A stretch of 41,152 nucleotides of DNA, taken from a virus. A program made the translations under genes and the position numbers. The stretch spans positions 1 to 41,152 of the IMG/VR virus record IMGVR_UViG_3300009320_000045; one strand, given 5' to 3'. Below are positions 22,128-30,537 of this stretch, one piece after another (the first letter of the stretch is position 1; every line of letters begins with the position of its first letter). The notes below the pieces were generated by a model that did not search any database, had not been told where the DNA came from, and saw nothing but the letters and a program-made list of their open reading frames with translations.

Positions 22128-23741
22128 ATGGCACTTACAGCGAAAGAAATCGTTGACCGCGTCCGCCAACTCAAGGACGAGCGGAGTAATTGGGAAAGCT
22201 GGTGGCAGGATATTGCCAAGTTCTGTATCCCGCGCAAGGCCGAGATTACTGAACGCAAAGCAGCCGGCACCAAGTTTGATGCAGACAATTACGATTCCAC
22301 CGCCAGGGATTCTCTCAAGATTTTTGCGGCCGGCTTGATGGGGTATCTGACCAACCCCGCTACCAAATGGCTGAATCTGCGGTCCTCAAATCCCCGACTG
22401 ATGCAAAGCCAGAAGGTCAAGATGTTTTTTGAGGAGTCCAGCAATCAGATTCTACAGACATTTAGCAAATCCAATTTTTACCAGCAGCTTCATGAGTTCT
22501 ACTTGGATATGCCGAGCTTCGGCACAGCGGCTTTTTACTCTGAGGAGGACGTGCAAGATCGCGTCCGGTATTACGCCAGGAACGTCCGGGAGATTCTGTT
22601 TGAGGAAGATGATCGGGGGCGCGTCAAGACCATCTATCGGGTTTTTGAGCTTACCATCCGCCAGGCGTATGATCGGTGGGGAGAAAACGCCGGCAAGTCC
22701 GTCACGGAGCGATACGCGAAAAAGCAGTATGGAACCAAGGTTGAGTACGTTCAATGCGTGGGTCCCAGGGAAAAATATGATCCTACCAAGCGCGGTAAGC
22801 TCAACAAGCCCTTCCACTCAATTTGGGTGAATGTTCCGGATCAAAAGAAAGTGGATGAAGGCGGCTTTGAAGAAATGCCGTTTAACGTGACGCGCTTCAC
22901 CAAAGTTTCCCACGAAATCTACGGCCACTCGGCCGCCATGGATGTTTTCCCCGACATCAAATCCACCAACAAAATGATGTATTACATCCTGCGCGCCTCA
23001 GCAAAGGCAGTGGATCCACCGATTGTCCTGCCTCACAAAAACTACCTACTGCCTTTCAATTTCAATCCGTCGGGAGTTAATTACCAGACCCAAAAAACAA
23101 GCTCTGCCAGCGAGGAGAAAATCCAGTTTCTGGACCACAAGGGTAATTTCGCGGTAGGCAGAGACATTCTGATTGACCTGCGGGAGATCATCCGCAGAGG
23201 GTTCCATGTCGATCTGTTCCTGATGCTGACCGACATGAAAAACATGACCGCCACCGAGGTTGTCGAACGCATCCAGGAAAAGATGCTGATCCTGGGTCCG
23301 GTGATCGGCCGGTTGCAAACGGAACTCTTGCAGCCCATTGTGATTCGCACTTTTAACATTTTGGCAAGGAACGGTTACATCCCCCCCATACCGCAAGAAT
23401 TAGAAAATGCTGAGTATGAGGTTGAGTATGTTTCTGTCCTTGCCCAAGCTCAGAAGTTTTCCGCTGTCCGGACTATTCAGCAGTTTATAGCCATGATTGA
23501 GCAGATGGCCGCCATAGATCCGACAGTAGTGGATAAGTTTGATTCGGACAAAGCCGCTGATGTTATTGCAGACACTATGGGCATCACCCCCAAGATCATG
23601 CGCGAGGAGCGCGAATTGCAAGCAAAGCGCGAAGCCAGAGCGAAGCAGGAGGAAGCGGCCGCGAAGATTGCATTGACAAAAGAGGGGGCGGAAGCGGCTA
23701 AAACAGGAGCGGAGGCGGTAGCCACCGCTGCCGCCGCATAA
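22128..23741 (+). CDS. portal (head-to-tail connector) protein, podovirus type
   Basis: 537 aa. The N-terminus LTAKEIVDRVRQLKDERSNWESWWQDIAKFCIPRKAE resembles podoviral connector proteins. It is positioned after TerL. Confidence 0.75.
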   Translation: MALTAKEIVDRVRQLKDERSNWESWWQDIAKFCIPRKAEITERKAAGTKFDADNYDSTARDSLKIFAAGLMGYLTNPATKWLNLRSSNPRLMQSQKVKMFFEESSNQILQTFSKSNFYQQLHEFYLDMPSFGTAAFYSEEDVQDRVRYYARNVREILFEEDDRGRVKTIYRVFELTIRQAYDRWGENAGKSVTERYAKKQYGTKVEYVQCVGPREKYDPTKRGKLNKPFHSIWVNVPDQKKVDEGGFEEMPFNVTRFTKVSHEIYGHSAAMDVFPDIKSTNKMMYYILRASAKAVDPPIVLPHKNYLLPFNFNPSGVNYQTQKTSSASEEKIQFLDHKGNFAVGRDILIDLREIIRRGFHVDLFLMLTDMKNMTATEVVERIQEKMLILGPVIGRLQTELLQPIVIRTFNILARNGYIPPIPQELENAEYEVEYVSVLAQAQKFSAVRTIQQFIAMIEQMAAIDPTVVDKFDSDKAADVIADTMGITPKIMREERELQAKREARAKQEEAAAKIALTKEGAEAAKTGAEAVATAAAA

Positions 23742-23751
23742 GGAGGCAATT

Positions 23752-24090
23752 ATGGTAGCGCTAGAAATTGATGTGCATGAGCCGCAGCAGTATCAGACCA
23801 AACCAATTCATGTAACCGCTGTGCAGTGGGAACCTGCGATGGGTGCTGTGCATGGCGTCAGCATCCGGCCGAAAAAGCATCCGGCCAATCCAGATGATTT
23901 TTATGTGCGCGACCGCTTCGGTGCAGAATCAAAGGTTGAACCTGGGGATTGGGTTTTGACAAGTTCCGACGGCTCCCATCAGATTGTCAAAAACGGTGCT
24001 TTCCAAGCCCTCTATGATCCTATTGCAACCATGAAGGTTGCTGCGGGTACCGGCGAAACCGCCAAGCCGAGGAGAAAGAAAGGTGAGTAA
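23752..24090 (+). CDS. hypothetical protein
   Basis: AAGGAGG RBS. 112 aa. Confidence 0.65.
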   Translation: MVALEIDVHEPQQYQTKPIHVTAVQWEPAMGAVHGVSIRPKKHPANPDDFYVRDRFGAESKVEPGDWVLTSSDGSHQIVKNGAFQALYDPIATMKVAAGTGETAKPRRKKGE

Positions 24091-24382
24091 CGGCACCGGA
24101 AAGTCCCAGGAGGAAGTCGCCGAGGATCAGCAGCGGGAAATCGAGAAGATCGAACTCGCCTACCAAAGAGTTTTTTCGTCGAAAGACGGTAAGATAGTTT
24201 TACAGGATTTGGCAGAGATATGTCGCATCACACAGACGACCTTTGTACCCGGTGACGCCCAGGCGATTTACATCAACGAAGGGTGCAGGGCGGTCTTTCT
24301 TGCGATTGCTCAGAAGATCAATATGGAAATGACCGAGCTGTATCTCAAAAAGAAAGAGGGCAAGCTTGCCCCTCAATCCTGA
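24083..24382 (+). CDS. hypothetical head-module protein (Bbp19-like?)
   Basis: GTG 24083 with GGAGAAAG upstream. RVFSSKDGKIVLQDLAEIC..FVPGD..YINEGCRAVFLAI recalls the Bbp19-type phage domain. This is an unverified recollection. Confidence 0.5.
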   Translation: MSNGTGKSQEEVAEDQQREIEKIELAYQRVFSSKDGKIVLQDLAEICRITQTTFVPGDAQAIYINEGCRAVFLAIAQKINMEMTELYLKKKEGKLAPQS

Positions 24383-24415
24383 TGAATCCGAAAGGACAAC
24401 TCAAAGGAGATGTCA

Positions 24416-25294
24416 ATGTTTGAATTGCTGAAAAAGTTTTTGCCGTTTGCGTTCCTGAGTTTTGGCGAAGGCGATCCGCCCCCGACCGACCCCCCCGCAG
24501 ATCCACCAACAGATCCTCCGGCCGATCCCCCTGGAGATTGGAGAGCATCCCTTCCGCCAGAGATCCGAGATCACCCGAGCATGGCCAATCTCAAGACCCC
24601 GGGAGATGTATCTAAATCCTGGGTCAATGCTCAGAAGCTCCTGGGCGAAGATAAGATCCCGGTCCCCAAAGGTCCCGACGATCCAAACCTTGAGGTAATT
24701 CTTGGCAAACTTGGCCGACCGGAAAAAGCCGACGGTTATCAATTGCCGACGATAGAGAACCTGCCGGCAGGGTTTACGATTGAGGCCGAAAACGTCAAGG
24801 GTTACACCGAGCTTGCACACAAGGTTGGATTGACCAACACCCAGGCATCTGAGTTGTTCAAGTATTATATCGAGCGCAATGCTGGCCTTCACCAGCAAGC
24901 AGTTACAGGCGCCGAAGAAACAAGAGCAGCTACCGAGAAGCAATTGAGATTAGAATGGGGCATCGGCTACGATGCTCAGATTGCTTTAGCAAAGAAAACT
25001 TTGTCTTATGCCGCAGGGGATTCTACCGAAGCTTTGGCCGAGAAATATGGAAACGATCCGGTATTCCTCAAGGCGCTCGCCAAGCTCGGCAATGATTTGG
25101 GTGAGGACATCTTGGGCAAAGGCGGTCCGATGCCAGGAGAGCTTACGCGCGAATCCGCTCAGAAAGAGCTTGATGAGATTCAAGGCAACCCTGAGCATCC
25201 CTACCATGTCAAGGAAAAAGCAGGGCATGAGGCGGCCGTAGCTCGGGTGCATCAGCTTTATCAGATCCTTTACCCTGGAGAGACACCGCAGTAA
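24416..25294 (+). CDS. scaffolding protein
   Basis: ATG 24416, the second ATG, with better spacing to AAAGGAG. A Pro/Asp repeat (DPPPTDPPADPPTDPPADPP) is followed by WRASLPPEIRDHPSMANLKTPGDVSKSWVNAQKLLG and a long helical region. It lies immediately upstream of the capsid gene. Confidence 0.65.
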   Translation: MFELLKKFLPFAFLSFGEGDPPPTDPPADPPTDPPADPPGDWRASLPPEIRDHPSMANLKTPGDVSKSWVNAQKLLGEDKIPVPKGPDDPNLEVILGKLGRPEKADGYQLPTIENLPAGFTIEAENVKGYTELAHKVGLTNTQASELFKYYIERNAGLHQQAVTGAEETRAATEKQLRLEWGIGYDAQIALAKKTLSYAAGDSTEALAEKYGNDPVFLKALAKLGNDLGEDILGKGGPMPGELTRESAQKELDEIQGNPEHPYHVKEKAGHEAAVARVHQLYQILYPGETPQ

Positions 25295-25332
25295 AAATAA
25301 ACTTGCAGAATCACCAGCGAGAGGGTATGCTT

Positions 25333-25466
25333 TCGTAAGAAGGGCAATCCCGCAAGGGATCCTTCAAAACCAGTAACGCCGTAAGCGGACAATCCCGAAA
25401 GGGATCCGGACCAAACCCCGCGCGCCGTTATCGGATCCGAAAGGACAATCCGATTCCGCCGGAATT
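25333..25466 (+). promoter_or_regulatory. cluster of small hairpins, two with GNRA tetraloops, in the scaffold-capsid intergenic region
   Basis: ATCCC-GCAA-GGGAT (25347..25360). ATCCC-GAAA-GGGAT (25392..25405). CGGAT-N11-ATCCG (25432..25452). GATTC-N5-GAATT (25452..25466). The first two hairpins lie in an imperfect direct repeat of about 30 nt that begins CGTAAG. Confidence 0.5.
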
Positions 25467-25507
25467 AGATTGTTTGAACGGTTCATGAGAACCAGGAGGA
25501 TTCGATA

Positions 25508-26377
25508 ATGGCAAATGCTAATCCTGTTTCAACAGCTTTTGTTAAGCAGTTCGGCACGAACATTATGCACTTGGTTCAGCAGAAAGGTTCGCGCCTCCGC
25601 GGTTCCGTCATGCTCGAAACAGGCGTCAAGGGTGAGGAAGTATACGTTGAGCAACTAGGCGCCTCTACTGCATCACAGAGAACTACCCGCCACGCTGATA
25701 CCCCCATCACTGAGGCCGCCCACGAAAGGCGGAGAGTAACCATGTTTGACTTCGAGGTTGCTCACCTTTTTGATAACCAGGATCAGCTTAAGATGTTGGT
25801 GGATCCCACCTCGCGGTACGTCCAGGCCGCCTCTTTTGCACTTGGCCGGTCAATGGATGATTCGGTTCTCGATAACGCCACCGGTACCGCCTATTCAGGC
25901 AAGGCCGGCGGGACCAGCGAAACCGTACCCTCTGGCCAGCAAGTTGCCCACGCATCCACAGGATTGACCCTGGCGAAGTTGCTTTCTGCCAAGGAAATCC
26001 TCGATGGCAACGAAGCTGATCCGGAGGAGCCGCGGTTCTGTGTTTTGACCGCAGGACAGGTGACGGACCTCTTGAACACTACAGAGGTCAAGAACGCGGA
26101 TTATAACTCAGTGAGGGCGTTGGTCAATGGCGCCGTTGACACCTTCCTTGGGTTTAAGTTTATCCGCACGCAGAGGTGCAACACCGATTCCGACGGCAAC
26201 CGCCAGGTCCTCTGTTACAACAAATCGGCTTTGGTCCTCGCCATCGCTCAGGACATTAAAACCGACATTGGTATTCGTCGGGATAAGTCCAACGCCGTCC
26301 AGGTATATGCTTCCCTGGGGATCGGCTCGACGCGGCTGGAGGAGGAGAAGCTGGTAGAGATTGCTTGCACAGAGTAA
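25508..26377 (+). CDS. major capsid protein
   Basis: AGGAGGA RBS. 289 aa. It lies between the scaffold and decoration genes and upstream of a strong terminator. The N-terminus ANANPVSTAFVKQFGTNIMHLVQQKGSRLR resembles capsid proteins of BPP-1-like podophages (recollection). Confidence 0.75.
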   Translation: MANANPVSTAFVKQFGTNIMHLVQQKGSRLRGSVMLETGVKGEEVYVEQLGASTASQRTTRHADTPITEAAHERRRVTMFDFEVAHLFDNQDQLKMLVDPTSRYVQAASFALGRSMDDSVLDNATGTAYSGKAGGTSETVPSGQQVAHASTGLTLAKLLSAKEILDGNEADPEEPRFCVLTAGQVTDLLNTTEVKNADYNSVRALVNGAVDTFLGFKFIRTQRCNTDSDGNRQVLCYNKSALVLAIAQDIKTDIGIRRDKSNAVQVYASLGIGSTRLEEEKLVEIACTE

Positions 26378-26401
26378 CCGATAACGTAAGGAGGACTTGA
26401 G

Positions 26402-26842
26402 ATGGCGACATACAAAGGTGTGAACAAAACGATCATCGATGCAGCCACCGCAGCTCACACAGTTGATCCTGGGTTGGCTGGTGGCAACGTCAAGGTGATG
26501 GTGGATACCTACGAGGCATCCGCCCTTGCCGTTGCTGACATCGTCGAAATGGGCAAGGACTTACCGATTAACTCTCGGGTCCTTGCAGTGTTGCTGGAGT
26601 TTGACGCTTTGGGTGGATCCATCACCCTTGATGTTGGTGATGCTGAGGATCCCAATCGCTATCTAAACGCGGTTGATGCTTCTTCGGCAGGAAGCCAATT
26701 GTCAAATCTGGTAGACGGAGTTGAGTACCATGTGGATAACACCACTGCCTCCACTCCCGATACTCAGGTTAATGTCACCATTGGCGGATCCGGCACAGCA
26801 ACCGGTACGATCAAATTAGTGGTGCTTTATACCCACGAGTAA
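26402..26842 (+). CDS. putative head decoration / cement protein
   Basis: AAGGAGGA RBS. 146 aa and beta-rich. It follows the capsid gene directly and precedes the terminator. Confidence 0.5.
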   Translation: MATYKGVNKTIIDAATAAHTVDPGLAGGNVKVMVDTYEASALAVADIVEMGKDLPINSRVLAVLLEFDALGGSITLDVGDAEDPNRYLNAVDASSAGSQLSNLVDGVEYHVDNTTASTPDTQVNVTIGGSGTATGTIKLVVLYTHE

Positions 26843-26884
26843 AGAGGCCGGTAGGGATCTGACCGGGGAGCAAACGGAGAGCGC

Positions 26885-26920
26885 GCGGGCCGGCCGTAGC
26901 AGGAGCCGGCCCGCCTTTTT
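26885..26920 (+). terminator. rho-independent terminator / attenuator after the capsid genes
   Basis: GCGGGCCGGC-N10-GCCGGCCCGC (26885..26914), a perfect 10-bp GC stem, followed by CTTTTT. Confidence 0.8.
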
Positions 26921-26932
26921 GTGGAGGTCACT

Positions 26933-27775
26933 ATGGCCGTCAGCAGCAAAGAAGCAATCGTTAATTTAGCGCTCCGGCGGATCGGTCAAAAAAAGATCAG
27001 TGACATCGATGACGCCGATGACACTGTAGCAGTAAAAGCCAATGACGTTTATGATATCCTTCGACAAGCGCTCCTGCGCGCATACCCATGGAACTTCTCA
27101 AAGAAATCCGCCATCCTTGGCCGTGTTGTAGATTCCGAAACCACCATCACAGGAGCCACCGCAGCTGACCCTGTTGTTATCACTGCTGCCAGCCACGGCT
27201 TATCCGATGACGATACTGTCTCAATCCGCGGCGTGGGCGGCATGATCGAGCTTAATGGCAAAACCTACACGGTAGCCAACGCCACCACCGACACCCTTGA
27301 GCTTGAGGATATTGATGGCGGGGATTATACGGCTTTCACTTCCGGCGGCACCATCGGCAAAGTCAGCGTTGTCGGGGATGAGGTAAATTGGGATAACCGG
27401 TATTATTTGCCATCCGACTATCTCAACATCTGGAGGATCAACGGCGAGCCGGAGAGCAGGATTAAATTTGCCATAGAAAATCCAAGCGGGTCCCGCAGAG
27501 AGCTTTTGACCGACGAGGATACCTGCCACATCAAATACATCTTCGATGTGGAGGATTACGAACTATTCGATGAAACCTTCGTAAAGCTCTTTGCGTTGCT
27601 GCTGGCCTCCAATCTGGCCTTTACCGTCAGCCAGTCCCGGACACTGGCAGAGGATCTGCAAGGGGAATATGAGATTGAGTTTGCGAAAGCCATGTTCGTA
27701 GATTCCTCCGAGGCGGGTACGCCAACAGATCCGATGCCGGATGAATCGTCCCCCATCATATCGGAGAGATCCTAA
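26933..27775 (+). CDS. tail tubular protein A / adaptor-like protein with an inserted beta module
   Basis: GGAGG lies 5 nt upstream of ATG 26933. SKEAIVNLALRRIGQKKISD..LLRAYPWNFSKKSAIL is typical of podoviral gp11-like proteins. The insert is ITGATAADPVVITAASHGLSDDDTVSIRGVGGMIELNGKTYTVAN. Confidence 0.6.
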   Translation: MAVSSKEAIVNLALRRIGQKKISDIDDADDTVAVKANDVYDILRQALLRAYPWNFSKKSAILGRVVDSETTITGATAADPVVITAASHGLSDDDTVSIRGVGGMIELNGKTYTVANATTDTLELEDIDGGDYTAFTSGGTIGKVSVVGDEVNWDNRYYLPSDYLNIWRINGEPESRIKFAIENPSGSRRELLTDEDTCHIKYIFDVEDYELFDETFVKLFALLLASNLAFTVSQSRTLAEDLQGEYEIEFAKAMFVDSSEAGTPTDPMPDESSPIISERS

Positions 27776-29980
27776 TTGCCAAAAGCCAGCCATATCCAGA
27801 CGAATTTAACTGCTGGCGAAATCTCGGAGAAAATATTTGGCCGGGTTGATGTCACAAAGTACGAGAACGGCGCCGAGCAGATTCAGAACTGGATAGTCAC
27901 TCCCCCCGGTGGGGCGCAACGCACGCCTGGGACGTACTATGTCGGTCAGACCAGGGAAGCCACCGGGACCGGCCGCCTCATCCCCTTCCAGTTTTCCACC
28001 AGCCAGACCTACATGATGGAGTTCAGCGACGGCAAGATCCGCTTCTACCGGAATCAGGGGCGTATTGTCGAAACGGCTGTCAGCATTACCGGCATTACAA
28101 AAGCCAGCCCGGGCGTAGTTACCGCAGCTGCCCATGGGTACTCCAACGGCGATAGCGTTGTGCTTTCCGACATCGGAGGCATGACGGAGCTTAATGGGCG
28201 GGAGTTCAAAGTGGCCAACGTCGCGGCCAACACCTTTGAACTTACTGATATGCAGACCGATGCCGACATTGATACCTCCGGTTTCACCACTTATACGTCT
28301 GGCGGGGACTCAGAAAAAATCTACGAGATTACGCAGCCCTATGCGGACGCGGATCTGAATGATCTCCATTACGCGCAGACCGCTGATGTCATGTATATCG
28401 TCCATCAGGATTACTCACCCAGGAAGCTGACCCGCACCGGCCACACCGCATGGACGTTGACACAGTTGGAACCCAAGGACTTCACAAACGGACCCTATCT
28501 GCCCGATAACATCACTGCAATCACCATGGAGCCGGGAGCAACCACAGGCAACACAACTCTTACGGCTTCGGCTGCTTTCTTTACAGAGGACATGGTGGGA
28601 TCTCTATTTAACCTCAATAGCGGATATTGCTATGTGACAGCGTACACTTCGACTACAGTGGTTGATATTACTGTCCTGTCCGATTTCGCAGACACCGTTG
28701 CAAGAACTGACTGGCTTGAGGGTGCCTGGTCTGATGAGAATGGATGGCCGCGCTGCGTGCAATTCTATGAGCAGCGCTTGGCCTTTGCCGGCACCACAGA
28801 AGAACCGCAGACCGCCTGGCTCTCTCAACCGGAGGAATACGAAAACTTTGAGGAGGGTAGCTCCGACGACGATGCCATCACCTACACCATCGCCACAGAG
28901 CAGGTCAATGCCGTCCGGTGGCTCTCTGCCGAGAAAGTTTTGCTTATGGGAACCTCCGGCGGCGTTTTCTCAGTTTCCTCCGGTACTGATGAGGTCCCGC
29001 TGACCCCAACGAATGTATTGGTCAAGCGCCAGACAACCTACGGTTGCCATACCATTGCGCCCAAAAAGATCGGTACCTTCAACTACTACATTCAGCGTGA
29101 TACCCTAACCATGCGGGAGCTTGCTTTCAACTTAGAGAAGGATTCCTACGAGGCGGGGGATATTACTATTCTATCCGATCACATCACCGGTCCGGGCGAA
29201 GGCATTATCGCCATGGACTACCAGCAATCCCCTTACAATATCCTCTGGTGTGTGCGCGATGACGGAAAGCTGGCCACCCTGACGCGACAGATTGAGCAGG
29301 AGGTTGCCGGCTGGACTGAGCAGACCACTGACGGAACCTATAATAGTGTTGCGGTCATTCCAGCGCAAACCGCCACCGAAGGGGATGAGGTCTGGTTCAT
29401 TGTCCAGCGCACCGTCGATGGCGTCACGCGCGGGTATGTGGAATATCTCAAGCCCTTCTATTGGGGTACCGACGACGATGACGCATTTCATGTCCATTCG
29501 GGTCTGACCTATTCCGGAGCAGCTGCTTCCACTCTAACCGGCCTCAGTCACCTGGAGGGTGAAACGGTTGATGTGTATGGTGATGGCGCCGCACTCGACC
29601 AAGCGGTGGTTTCCGATGGAGCAATCACCGTTAAGGATGGAGGAACCACAACAACAGTCACTAAAGCCCAGGTCGGTTTGCCTTACACTTCCACAATCAA
29701 GACGTTGCGCCTGGAAGCCGGCAGCGCCATCGGGACCGCGCAGGGGATGTTTAAGCGGGTCAACAATGTCATTGTCCGCGTCAAAGACACGCTGGCACTT
29801 AAGGTGGGTGACACGGATAGTCAGCACGCTCAGAGCATTTCCAGCGTCACCACCGGGGATATTGAGGCGCATCTGGATTCAGGGTGGGACACCAAGGGTC
29901 AAGTCATCGTAAAATGCGACAGTCCGGTGCCGTGTCATGTGCTGGCAATCATTAAACAGCTAATCACAGAGGATAGGTGA
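27776..29980 (+). CDS. tail tubular protein B / nozzle-like protein
   Basis: TTG 27776 lies directly after the previous TAA; no ATG or GTG follows in frame for about 80 codons. The N-terminus QTNLTAGEISEKIFGRVDVTKYENGAEQIQNWIVTPPGGAQRTPGTYYV is typical of this family. 734 aa. Confidence 0.6.
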   Translation: MPKASHIQTNLTAGEISEKIFGRVDVTKYENGAEQIQNWIVTPPGGAQRTPGTYYVGQTREATGTGRLIPFQFSTSQTYMMEFSDGKIRFYRNQGRIVETAVSITGITKASPGVVTAAAHGYSNGDSVVLSDIGGMTELNGREFKVANVAANTFELTDMQTDADIDTSGFTTYTSGGDSEKIYEITQPYADADLNDLHYAQTADVMYIVHQDYSPRKLTRTGHTAWTLTQLEPKDFTNGPYLPDNITAITMEPGATTGNTTLTASAAFFTEDMVGSLFNLNSGYCYVTAYTSTTVVDITVLSDFADTVARTDWLEGAWSDENGWPRCVQFYEQRLAFAGTTEEPQTAWLSQPEEYENFEEGSSDDDAITYTIATEQVNAVRWLSAEKVLLMGTSGGVFSVSSGTDEVPLTPTNVLVKRQTTYGCHTIAPKKIGTFNYYIQRDTLTMRELAFNLEKDSYEAGDITILSDHITGPGEGIIAMDYQQSPYNILWCVRDDGKLATLTRQIEQEVAGWTEQTTDGTYNSVAVIPAQTATEGDEVWFIVQRTVDGVTRGYVEYLKPFYWGTDDDDAFHVHSGLTYSGAAASTLTGLSHLEGETVDVYGDGAALDQAVVSDGAITVKDGGTTTTVTKAQVGLPYTSTIKTLRLEAGSAIGTAQGMFKRVNNVIVRVKDTLALKVGDTDSQHAQSISSVTTGDIEAHLDSGWDTKGQVIVKCDSPVPCHVLAIIKQLITEDR

Positions 29981-30537
29981 TGGATCCAGCTACACTTATG
30001 CTTTTGATGTCAACGGTTACGCAAGCGGCGGGAACTGCCACCCAAATCATCGGGCAGCGCCGCAAGTATGAATATTCAAAACAAATCGCTGACTACAACT
30101 CTCAGATTGCCCTCCAAAACGCCAAGCTCATCATGCAGGGAGCGGACCTACAGAAAGAGCGAGGCAGGAAATACAAAGAAACTTTCACCTCAAAGCAGCG
30201 CGCTCTCTACGCTAAAGCCGGGGTCAGAAGCACCGGCAGCGCTTTCGATGTCATGGTGAATACCGCCGCAGAGATTGAGTTGGATCTCCAAATTGATTAC
30301 TTCAATTCTCAAATTGCAGCAAGGCGCGAAGTGGTGCAAGCAGGGATTGATAAATCGCAAGCGGATATGTTCAAGTATCTTAAATTCGTTGAACCATTGT
30401 CTACCGGGATCCAGGGGATGGGTAAAATGTTCCAATCAGGCTTACTTGCTACAAGAAACGTAAATCAACCAACAGCCACAAGGACTCAAGCGGAAGGTGC
30501 GTTTTCAACACTCGACCAACCCTGGGCTAATCCATAA
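29980..30537 (+). CDS. internal virion / ejection protein A-like (gp14 position)
   Basis: ATG 29980 overlaps the previous TGA. 185 aa with a hydrophobic N-terminus. Assigned by position after the tubular proteins. Confidence 0.5.
   Translation: MDPATLMLLMSTVTQAAGTATQIIGQRRKYEYSKQIADYNSQIALQNAKLIMQGADLQKERGRKYKETFTSKQRALYAKAGVRSTGSAFDVMVNTAAEIELDLQIDYFNSQIAARREVVQAGIDKSQADMFKYLKFVEPLSTGIQGMGKMFQSGLLATRNVNQPTATRTQAEGAFSTLDQPWANP

Noticed and set aside
21698-22288. 196-aa minus-strand ORF opposite the GNAT and portal starts
   Set aside because: It is antisense to three well-supported + strand genes. Its composition is low-complexity Ser/Arg/Ala-rich, and there are no start signals.
24386-24399. 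The 14-mer ATCCGAAAGGACAA shared by the scaffold and capsid leaders, as a phage-specific late promoter
   Set aside because: A few 14-mer coincidences are expected in a 41-kb sequence. The motif has no -35/-10 character, and no phage RNA polymerase is encoded. It is kept only as a weak note under the structured-leader finding.
25295-25507. Possible tRNA or tmRNA in the long scaffold-capsid gap
   Set aside because: No cloverleaf can be drawn. There is no GTTCGAATC-type T-loop or acceptor-stem pairing. The hairpins are short and independent.
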